Shown in pieces: positions 19,210-26,049 of a stretch of DNA of 64,000 bases. A model generated the notes under the pieces. That model searched no databases. It saw only the letters and a program-made list of their open reading frames with translations, and had not been told where the DNA came from. The DNA comes from Candidatus Iainarchaeum sp. (GTDB lineage: Archaea; Iainarchaeota; Iainarchaeia; Iainarchaeales; JAAZKV01). Numbering within the stretch: the stretch's first letter is position 1; the number at the start of each line of letters is the position of its first letter. The DNA lies in contig JAPLVR010000006.1 of NCBI GenBank assembly GCA_026397015.1, positions 128,001 to 192,000 on the forward strand, in the 5' to 3' direction. A program made the translations under genes and the position numbers.

Positions 19210-20274
19210 TTATTTCAGCAATTCATAAATACAATGCATATTTCCTTCCCTCATTACCCAGCAGCCCCCAAAACATGAATATTTGCTTTTGCAGGCTGCA
19301 CACTTCGGATCGGCCTCAATTATGCTTCGACTCCGATACCTCCTGAAGCCGTTTTTCCAGATTTCTAAAAAAGGCTTTTCAATTGCAGAACCCTCCCTAT
19401 ACTTGGGAATATCCGGCTGCTCTGGACAACCCCTAACATTTCCGTCGACACCTATACAACAGGCAGTAAATCCTATGGTGCACACAAGTGGCTCGCTTCG
19501 TATTCTTGTCTCATACTCTGCCAAAAAAGGCAGGTTTTCGCCAATTTTTATGATTAATTTTCCTTTGTTACTTGATTTTACAAATTCAAAAAGTTTTTTC
19601 AACTCTGCAGGAGCTAGAAGAAGTTTTTTGGTCTGTGCCCTGCCTATTGGCATAACAACCGTAATTCTCCAAAGCCTGACATTTAACTCTAAAAGGATTT
19701 TAAGAAGCTTTTCAAGTTCATTTATGTTGCCGGGCGTAACTGTAGTTGCAACAGAAACAATCGGCACATTCCTTTCCTTCAACAATTTTATTGCATTTAT
19801 TGCCTTTTGATAGCTCTGCGAATTTCCACGGATCTTATTGTGTGTTTCTTCTGGACCGTCTAGGCTTATCTGAACAGAAGAAACACCTGCTTCTTTTATT
19901 TTGCTGGCCATTGCCGCATCAATAAAAAAACCGTTTGTGGCAATTCCGGTATCAATCCCCTTTGTTTTAGCGTATGACAGGATGCTCAGCAAATCGGTCC
20001 TCAACAGAGGCTCCCCGCCCGTAACTGCAAAAAACCCGACTCTTAATTCGGCAAGCTCGTCAATTATTTTTTTTATTTGGGGTTCGGTAAGTTCCTCTGA
20101 ATATTTTTCCTTTGTGGCGCCGCAATGTGCACAGTGGAGGTTGCACTTTCTTGTACAGTCCCACAAAACATAGTAGGGCGGATAAATTTTTCCCGTCCTG
20201 CTCAGCGTATTATTGAAACTGTCAAAAAATATTTGATCCCTTATCTCCGCAAAAAAATATCTCAGATTGAACAT
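19210..20274 (-). CDS. Radical SAM/SPASM domain peptide maturase (splicease-like candidate)
   Basis: WDCTRKCNLHCAHCG (CX3CX2C), TGGEP, QISLDG; SPASM CTIG...DGNVRGCP and CAACx5CFGGC. Confidence 0.88.
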   Translation of the reverse strand: MFNLRYFFAEIRDQIFFDSFNNTLSRTGKIYPPYYVLWDCTRKCNLHCAHCGATKEKYSEELTEPQIKKIIDELAELRVGFFAVTGGEPLLRTDLLSILSYAKTKGIDTGIATNGFFIDAAMASKIKEAGVSSVQISLDGPEETHNKIRGNSQSYQKAINAIKLLKERNVPIVSVATTVTPGNINELEKLLKILLELNVRLWRITVVMPIGRAQTKKLLLAPAELKKLFEFVKSSNKGKLIIKIGENLPFLAEYETRIRSEPLVCTIGFTACCIGVDGNVRGCPEQPDIPKYREGSAIEKPFLEIWKNGFRRYRSRSIIEADPKCAACKSKYSCFGGCWVMREGNMHCIYELLK

Positions 20275-20296
20275 ATAACAGAAAATAAGCCCTAAA

Positions 20297-20304
20297 TATT
20301 TAAA
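20297..20304 (-). promoter_or_regulatory. TATA box for the radical SAM gene (probably leaderless)
   Basis: TTTAAATA on the minus strand, 22 nt before the ATG at 20274. Confidence 0.5.
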
Positions 20305-20544
20305 CTACTTTGGAGGCGCTGGACCGTATTCTATCATAGTATTGGGCGGAGCAGGACCATAAGATACCATTGTGCTTGGAAGAATTACAAACAACAATAT
20401 AATCCCGGGAACAACAAATGTAAGTATTATTCCAAAAATTAAAAATATTTTCTTCTTTGTTTTGAGATATTTTTTAAGGCTGAATACGCCCCCGATTATG
20501 GAAGCGAAAAAAAGAATGACAGCTAATATCAAATATATTTCCAT
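20305..20544 (-). CDS. Small 2-TM membrane protein with duplicated C-terminal YGPAP motif (putative rSAM substrate)
   Basis: Two hydrophobic helices separated by KKYLKTKKK, then PSTMVSYGPAP-PNTMIEYGPAP-PK; directly upstream of the rSAM gene. Confidence 0.8.
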   Translation of the reverse strand: MEIYLILAVILFFASIIGGVFSLKKYLKTKKKIFLIFGIILTFVVPGIILLFVILPSTMVSYGPAPPNTMIEYGPAPPK

Positions 20545-20566
20545 TTGTATGTTTAGGGCAACCAAC

Positions 20567-20574
20567 TATATAAA
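20567..20574 (-). promoter_or_regulatory. TATA box for the YGPAP-repeat gene (probably leaderless)
   Basis: TTTATATA on the minus strand, 22 nt before the ATG at 20544. Confidence 0.55.
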
Positions 20575-20648
20575 TATTCCTAAACTTTTTGGCGGATTAC
20601 GAATAATTGCTTTTACAACTTAAAACTTAATAAAATTGAATATTACAG

Positions 20649-20720
20649 TGGACTCTGGGGGAATCGAACCCCCAATCCCGACCATGCGAAGGTCGTGCCT
20701 TACCGTTAGGCCAAGAGCCC
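20649..20720 (-). tRNA. tRNA-Ala(CGC)
   Basis: Cloverleaf folded by hand: acceptor GGGCTCT/AGAGTCC with G3:U70, anticodon arm CGACC-TT CGC AT-GGTCG, T loop TTCGATT; CCA not encoded. Confidence 0.95.
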
Positions 20721-20722
20721 AA

Positions 20723-21244
20723 TCAAAATTCCGCCTCTTCCATATCAATATCAAGCAATCCTTCATTATCCTCCTTAAACACAAACTTTCCTTTTACTTT
20801 TTTGTTGCACAAAACAACTGGCAGCCAGTGCCTGTCATCCTGCCACATTTTATCAAACGGAATCTTTTTCACATGCGTCCAAATCGGTTTCATCTCCTCG
20901 CTCTCTTTAGGCTCGCCCTCCCAATCGCGCACCAAAAAAACATGGACCACCTGGTCCCAGTGCCACTTCTTATCTTCAGGGATTGATGGGAAAATAAATG
21001 TAAGCTCTGCCATTTTTTCAATATTTTCCGGATATGCATTCAATCCCGCCTCCTCCCACAGCTCACGGATGATCGCTTCCTCGACCGATTCCCCGTCTTC
21101 AACCTTTCCTCCAAAGCCGTTCATCTTTCCGCTTCCAAAACCCCTTTTTTTCATCCCGAGCAAAACATGCTCCACCGGGTCGCCCTTCACCAGAAAGCAG
21201 AGTGTCGCCTGCTTCAACCCCTTGTTGTCAATTTTTTTGCCCAT
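20723..21244 (-). CDS. NUDIX 8-oxo-dGTP diphosphatase (MTH1-like)
   Basis: VLLGMKKRGFG, NGFGGKVE...RELWEEAG and IPFDKMWxDDRHWLP. Confidence 0.9.
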   Translation of the reverse strand: MGKKIDNKGLKQATLCFLVKGDPVEHVLLGMKKRGFGSGKMNGFGGKVEDGESVEEAIIRELWEEAGLNAYPENIEKMAELTFIFPSIPEDKKWHWDQVVHVFLVRDWEGEPKESEEMKPIWTHVKKIPFDKMWQDDRHWLPVVLCNKKVKGKFVFKEDNEGLLDIDMEEAEF

Positions 21245-21276
21245 AACAATACCTGTAAAAACCCTTTCTAAATCAC

Positions 21277-21879
21277 CTATGAAAAAACTTTTACATTGAG
21301 CTTTTCCAAATCTTTCTTCAACTGATTGTGATCCTTGTAGTGAATCACATTCATTCCAAGCTTTTTGGCGGGCACAAGATTTACTTCTTTGTCATCAATA
21401 AAAACTATTTTTTGGGGGGCAACGCCAAGCTCCTTCAGCGCAAATTCATAAAACTTCATATCTGGCTTCCTTAAGCCAATTTCTGCCGAGTTAAATATTT
21501 TTGAGAAAAAAGAGACATCCGCCTGACCAACAGAATGCGCCATAAACTCTATTGAGTTGTTCGAAAACCCTGCTAATTTGTATTTTTTCGAAACCTTTCT
21601 GTAAAATTCAATATTTTCGTGCAGGGGAACAATTGTTGCCAAAACTTCTTTTCTCAATTCTTCAATCGATTCATTTGTCCCAAGATTTTTTGCGACAACC
21701 CCCAAAAATTCCTCTTCGCCAATTTTTCCGGTTTCGTACCTGCGCCAATGCTCTCCCTTAAATGAAGAAAAAACCTTTTCTTCATTCAACCCTTTTTTCG
21801 CTTTATACCTTTCAGAAAATCCGGGAAAAATGTCGCTGAAAACAACCCCTCCAAAATCCGTCAAAATCACTTCGATCAT
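21277..21879 (-). CDS. HAD family phosphatase
   Basis: DFGGV, SNN, KPD and FIDD motifs. Confidence 0.9.
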   Translation of the reverse strand: MIEVILTDFGGVVFSDIFPGFSERYKAKKGLNEEKVFSSFKGEHWRRYETGKIGEEEFLGVVAKNLGTNESIEELRKEVLATIVPLHENIEFYRKVSKKYKLAGFSNNSIEFMAHSVGQADVSFFSKIFNSAEIGLRKPDMKFYEFALKELGVAPQKIVFIDDKEVNLVPAKKLGMNVIHYKDHNQLKKDLEKLNVKVFS

Positions 21880-21972
21880 CTTTCCACCGTGGCAATTCCA
21901 CAAAATTACTGAAAACAAGCCTTTTTTAGATTTTGTTTTTGAAAAATAATCAATAAAAATAAGAACGGCGGG

Positions 21973-22836
21973 CTAATTGTCCCCCTTTAAGGCAATTACC
22001 GCGCTGCCGGCCAAAACGAGAACGCCCCCGATGACAACTATTCCTGATGGAATGCTGACCGCGAAAATAAGTGAATAAATGAGGGCGAAGGTTGCCTCGT
22101 TGATTTTTATTGCAGTGGCGTAAGCCAGCTTTATCTCTTTCAAGCCTTTATAGAAAAGGGTCATTCCGATTACGACGCTTAAAGCAGACCCAAAAAAAAT
22201 CAAACCTGCCTGTTCGATTGAGGGGATGACGAACGGCTGGCCCGTAAATAACAGAATGGGAATCGCAAAAAAAATTGCTGAAAAAGTCCTGATGGCGTTC
22301 ACTACAAACGGCGTGGAGTTCAGAGACGCCTTTTTGGCCGAAAGGTATGCAAGCGAATAAAAAAATGCCGATAGAATCCCAAAAAATGTGCCCCCGGAAA
22401 CCAAAAGCGTCTTGTCAAAATTCATCAGTGTGGCGCCGGCCAATACCACTATGATGCCGCCCATTTTGAACCTGTTCAATGTTTCCCTGAAAAAAATAAA
22501 CCCGAACAATGCCGAAAAAACGACCATGGATTGGACCAGCAGCGCGGTGGCGCCCCCGCCGACCAGCGAAATGCCTAACAAGGAAAAAAAAGTTGCAAGT
22601 ATATTAAAGAAGCCGGACAGGACCATCTGTTTTTTTCCGCGAGCAGAAAGCAATTCCTTCCTGTAAAAACAGATGCCGATTGGAAGAAGAAGCAGCCCTC
22701 CGAAAAAAAACCAGTAAAAATTCACAATTTGGGGAGAGAGGCTCTGGACCAACAGGCTGCTTATCACCCAAAAAGTTCCCAAAAAAGCGGCCGAAAGAAA
22801 AACGTAAAAGGCACCGGCCAAAGAAGTCCTATCCAT
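21973..22836 (-). CDS. DMT/EamA family transporter
   Basis: About 10 TM helices in two repeats; FFRETL motif. Confidence 0.85.
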   Translation of the reverse strand: MDRTSLAGAFYVFLSAAFLGTFWVISSLLVQSLSPQIVNFYWFFFGGLLLLPIGICFYRKELLSARGKKQMVLSGFFNILATFFSLLGISLVGGGATALLVQSMVVFSALFGFIFFRETLNRFKMGGIIVVLAGATLMNFDKTLLVSGGTFFGILSAFFYSLAYLSAKKASLNSTPFVVNAIRTFSAIFFAIPILLFTGQPFVIPSIEQAGLIFFGSALSVVIGMTLFYKGLKEIKLAYATAIKINEATFALIYSLIFAVSIPSGIVVIGGVLVLAGSAVIALKGDN

Positions 22837-22880
22837 ACAACCAACAAATAAAACAAAAGTTTATATCAATAAGCAGGCAG

Positions 22881-22989
22881 TTTTTGCCAGCGCTTTTTTC
22901 GCCAGCCTTTTTTTCAAAAGGGCAAGTTCGCTATCAGCGAACACATTTTTGCCAGCGTTTTTTCGCCGGCCTTTTTTCTAAAAAGGCCG
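22881..22989. repeat. REP-like palindromic repeat, two copies (22881-22923, 22946-22989) separated by hairpin GTTCGCT-ATC-AGCGAAC
   Basis: TTTTTGCCAGCG(C)TTTTTTCGCC(A/G)GCCTTTTTT..AAAA(A/G)GGC; the same family occurs at 24079, 34131, 45455 and 49590. Confidence 0.85.
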
Positions 22990-23094
22990 AATGCAGCCGC
23001 CGGGACTCTTTTCCTGTTGGCTGGTAGTTTGAGGTTGGTTGTTTGTAGAGGGGTGCATTCGAATCCGTTCTGATTGATTTACCTTTCCTTCCAT
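22978..23094 (-). CDS. 38-aa ORF reading into the att-like repeat (possible gene remnant)
   Basis: SD AGGAG then ATG 23094; MEGKVNQSERIRMHPSTNNQPQTTSQQEKSPGGCIRPF*. Confidence 0.35.
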   Translation of the reverse strand: MEGKVNQSERIRMHPSTNNQPQTTSQQEKSPGGCIRPF

Positions 23095-23107
23095 TTAATC
23101 AACTCCT

Positions 23108-23878
23108 TTATTGAATTAAGCCAATAAAAACACAATTTTCTTTATCATAAGCAATTGCTCCGTCAGTATAGCTCGAATTTAACATTATTTCTCTGTGACC
23201 AGTGGTGCTTCCCATCCACAAACTTAATGCCCTTATACAATTTGACCCGGCAATATTTTCCCCAGAACTATACCCTGACCTCAAAATTATTCCAAAGCGG
23301 CTAACATAATCATCAAAATATTTCCCATCAGAATCTTGATGATCACAACGTGTATAATTACAAAGATCCTTAGACGCTTGAAATTTTACCAATTCATAAA
23401 TCTTGTCATTCCATTTTAGCCGCATTAAGCCATTCTCTTCCCGGATATCATTAAGCTCTTCAAAACTTTCGACATCAATTTCTTTTTGCGATTTACTTGG
23501 TTGGCTTATCACAATTTCTACTAAATCGGGTTCACTTATTGGATCACTTTGATTATCATTCACCAAATCATTTTCAATCGGGTTATTGTTATCCAAGAAA
23601 GGTTGGCTATTAGAATCAATTTCTTGATTAGGGTTCATTTTTATTTGCAACAATAAATACGCCCCAAATGTAACAAGCACTAATAATATTATACAAGCAA
23701 AAATTGTTTCAGCATGGGGAAATGAACTCATACCGTGCGCTATTTTAATATGGGTTCTTGGGCGAGGGTTAAATCTATTGTGTCTTTTTTGAACAGAATA
23801 ATGATAATTGCACAAGCCTGAAGAGAAATACTTCCATTTAGCTATTTTTTTTCCACATCTTTTGCAATGATAACTCAT
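23108..23878 (-). CDS. CAP/SCP domain protein with N-terminal Zn-finger-like motif and TM segment
   Basis: CKRC...CNYH, TM helix, then LNDIREENGL, GENIA, WMGSTTGHREIML. Confidence 0.85.
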   Translation of the reverse strand: MSYHCKRCGKKIAKWKYFSSGLCNYHYSVQKRHNRFNPRPRTHIKIAHGMSSFPHAETIFACIILLVLVTFGAYLLLQIKMNPNQEIDSNSQPFLDNNNPIENDLVNDNQSDPISEPDLVEIVISQPSKSQKEIDVESFEELNDIREENGLMRLKWNDKIYELVKFQASKDLCNYTRCDHQDSDGKYFDDYVSRFGIILRSGYSSGENIAGSNCIRALSLWMGSTTGHREIMLNSSYTDGAIAYDKENCVFIGLIQ

Positions 23879-23948
23879 TCAAATCAACTCTTATGTTTAG
23901 AACAGGTATTCGCACCCACTACAGACTCAAAACTACCAACTAATTGAA

Positions 23949-23973
23949 TGCAGCCGCCGGGGCTCGAACCCGA
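23949..23973 (-). other. Isolated tRNA 3' fragment (T arm + acceptor 3' strand)
   Basis: Minus strand reads TCGGG-TTCGAGC-CCCGG-CGGCTGC-A, with no matching 5' half upstream. Confidence 0.7.
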
Positions 23974-23996
23974 AGCAATCTTTTTTTGTACCATTA

Positions 23997-24068
23997 TGCG
24001 GCTTACGGGAATTGAACCCGTTCATCCACCTTGGGAAGGTGGAATCATAACCGTTAGACCAAAGCCGC
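23997..24068 (-). tRNA. tRNA-Gly(CCC), intronless
   Basis: Acceptor GCGGCTT/AAGCCGC, anticodon arm CCACC-TT CCC AA-GGTGG, T loop TTCAATT. Confidence 0.95.
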
Positions 24069-24078
24069 CCTAAACTTA

Positions 24079-24152
24079 TTTTCGCCAGCCTTTTGGAAAA
24101 AGGCACGCCTGCAAAGCAGGCAATTTTTTGCCGGCTTTTTTCTAAAAAGCCG
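24079..24152. repeat. REP-like palindromic repeat, two copies (24079-24104, 24124-24152) around hairpin GCCTGC-AAA-GCAGGC
   Basis: TTTTCGCCAGCCTTTTGGAAAAAGGC and TTTTTTGCCGGCTTTTTTCTAAAAAGCCG; fills the spacer between tRNA-Arg and tRNA-Gly. Confidence 0.85.
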
Positions 24153-24154
24153 AA

Positions 24155-24243
24155 CGGGCCTAGAGGGAATCGAACCCCCATCCCAAGATCTCTTCACATT
24201 AAAATTCCGAAGTCTTGTCGGCTATCCATTACCACATAGGCCC
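24155..24243 (-). tRNA. tRNA-Arg(TCG) with 17-nt intron at 37/38 (24190-24206)
   Basis: Acceptor GGGCCTA/TAGGCCC, anticodon stem CAAGA/TCTTG, BHB central helix CTTC/GAAG with AG|A bulge. Confidence 0.92.
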
Positions 24244-24271
24244 CTTGAAAGAATAATTCGCCGCGCTATTT

Positions 24272-25192
24272 TTAATCTTTGGGTAAGGGCACATTCAGAT
24301 TGTTCATCAAGGCCAGTCGCCTGCCAACTATTTTTGGCAAAATTTTTTCCGAATCGATAACTGGACCCTCATAAAATTCATTTGGATTAACAACCCCTGA
24401 TAAAATATTCTTTTGATTTTTGAGAACCAGATTTGGCGGCATAAAACCAAATCTTTTCCAAATCAAAAATCTGTTGTATTTCATATTATTTTTGAAGCCA
24501 ATATTGTGCATCCACAGAATGATGTTCTGATCACCCATTATTGACAGCCTATAAGAATCGTGATTAATTGGGCCCTTTATTTGGCGAGACATCGAAAACT
24601 GAAACCCAGTGTTAATTAAAAGTTTTCCAACACCATCGCATAATTCTTTTGAACAAATGCCCACACAAATAATAGGATATGTGTGCCGCTTCTTATGAAT
24701 TTCTCTATAACCTGACCCGCCCCTTTTTTTGAAATAAATTGTGCCATCTGTATCAAATAACCCTCTTAAAAAACCATAAATAACATCCAAATTCCTCGAA
24801 TTGAGAATTTGTTCTGGAATAGCCACTGTCAAAGTTTTCTTCCCATATGGAAAGCCCTGAGAGTGCATAAATTCGCACACTTTTCTGTTGCAAATCAGAA
24901 ACCCATAAGTATTTCTGTGAGGAAAAAATTTTGGTTTTATTTTAATACCAAAAACCCTTTCAAATAACGGAACAACGTGTTCATCGTAATATTCTTTTTC
25001 GTCAACATTACCGCTTATGTCAAGTTCGAAATGCCTGTTGTTGCGATTCCGCAAATATCCGTCGCCCGCATGAATGCCGCAAACTTCTGCCAAGTCCGGC
25101 GTCATTTCAAGATTCAAAGTTGACTCGCCCAAAGAATTTTGATTCAGCAATTTAAAACTGTTTTGTGAGTTTGATGCCGGTGATGGATTCAT
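24272..25192 (-). CDS. Free-standing LAGLIDADG (intein-type DOD) endonuclease domain protein
   Basis: Two LAGLIDADG helices, LAEVCGIHAGDG and FLRGLFDTDG; no intein splicing termini. Confidence 0.85.
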   Translation of the reverse strand: MNPSPASNSQNSFKLLNQNSLGESTLNLEMTPDLAEVCGIHAGDGYLRNRNNRHFELDISGNVDEKEYYDEHVVPLFERVFGIKIKPKFFPHRNTYGFLICNRKVCEFMHSQGFPYGKKTLTVAIPEQILNSRNLDVIYGFLRGLFDTDGTIYFKKRGGSGYREIHKKRHTYPIICVGICSKELCDGVGKLLINTGFQFSMSRQIKGPINHDSYRLSIMGDQNIILWMHNIGFKNNMKYNRFLIWKRFGFMPPNLVLKNQKNILSGVVNPNEFYEGPVIDSEKILPKIVGRRLALMNNLNVPLPKD

Positions 25193-25359
25193 TCCACCAC
25201 CTCATCATCAAAATCGTCTTCAGAATTCTCCGATACATATTCGAGAATCCAGAGTTCTCTCGAATCCAAGAGTTCCGGGCAATTCCTTGCCAACTTCTTT
25301 ACTGATTTTATTTCCTCTTCTGAGGGAACAAGACAATCATCAATATTAGAAAAAACCAT
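25189..25359 (-). CDS. Small acidic hypothetical protein
   Basis: Strong SD GGAGGTG before ATG 25359; its TGA stop overlaps the LAGLIDADG ATG. Confidence 0.55.
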   Translation of the reverse strand: MVFSNIDDCLVPSEEEIKSVKKLARNCPELLDSRELWILEYVSENSEDDFDDEVVE

Positions 25360-25518
25360 TTGAGCCACCTCCGCAAAAAAATTCCAAGAGCGGAGGTGGC
25401 AATGGCTTTCATTTGACGCAATCATTTAATAATTCTGGCAAAAGGCATCTGAAAGGCTTATTAAAGGTTTCTTTCAAGAAAATTGTTAAAGTTTTTTGAG
25501 AGCTTGCTGGTGAGCGGA

Positions 25519-25674
25519 ATGAAGAAGTGCGGAACATGCAATACAACGATAACACGGGATTACATAAACTTTAAGTGCCCGTCATGTGGAAAGGGGCAGA
25601 TAGTGCGGTGCGAGCACTGCAAGGAAACTGCGAAAACATACACTTGCACAGAGTGCGGATTCATGGGCCCATAA
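25519..25674 (+). CDS. Zinc-ribbon protein (DUF1610/HVO_2753-like)
   Basis: Four CxxC pairs ending CGFMGP; conserved position upstream of EF-1beta. Confidence 0.9.
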   Translation: MKKCGTCNTTITRDYINFKCPSCGKGQIVRCEHCKETAKTYTCTECGFMGP

Positions 25675-25710
25675 AAGGGCTAAAAAAAATTCTTATTTCT
25701 GGTGAAAGCA

Positions 25711-25968
25711 ATGGGAAACGCGCTCGTAATATTCAAGGTCTTTGCTGACCCTGAACAGCTGAATTCTGTCGAAGCAGAACTGAGGAAAATTGACACCGAC
25801 CAATTCAGGGATTTGAAGCGCGAACCAATAGGATTCGGTATTGAAGTAATAAGGGTCGGATATATTATTCCCGACAAGGTGGACGGGGCGCTGGAAAAGC
25901 TTGAAAATGCGGTAAGAACGGTAAAGGGAATAAATGAAGTCGAAGTTGATGGTGTAACATTATTGTAA
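25711..25968 (+). CDS. ef1b: Translation elongation factor 1-beta
   Basis: REPIGFGI motif, size and context. Confidence 0.92.
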   Translation: MGNALVIFKVFADPEQLNSVEAELRKIDTDQFRDLKREPIGFGIEVIRVGYIIPDKVDGALEKLENAVRTVKGINEVEVDGVTLL

Positions 25969-26049
25969 AAACAATTCGCAATTTTGAATGCAAATCAGTG
26001 GCACGGAGCCAAGCGAGTTTTTTTATTACTTTTTCAGCCTAATTCTTGG

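Larger units (their letters stand above)
22989..23973. mobile_element. Putative non-autonomous integrated mini-element or remnant
   Basis: 16-bp direct repeat GAATGCAGCCGCCGGG (22989-23004 and 23946-23961) matching a tRNA 3' end; imperfect inverted repeats just inside (23017-23071 and 23899-23943); AT-richer cargo gene; no integrase. Confidence 0.55.

Noticed and set aside
22881-24152. Palindromic repeats as a CRISPR array
   Set aside because: The copies are degenerate, occur in pairs, and are dispersed without regular unique spacers; there are no cas genes in the window.
23933-24181. 82-aa ORF in the track
   Set aside because: It overlaps two tRNA genes and the repeats, so it is a shadow ORF.
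24272-25192. LAGLIDADG ORF as an intein or intron-encoded protein
   Set aside because: There is no N-terminal Cys/Ser block, no C-terminal His-Asn and no host gene, and the ORF lies outside the tRNA intron.
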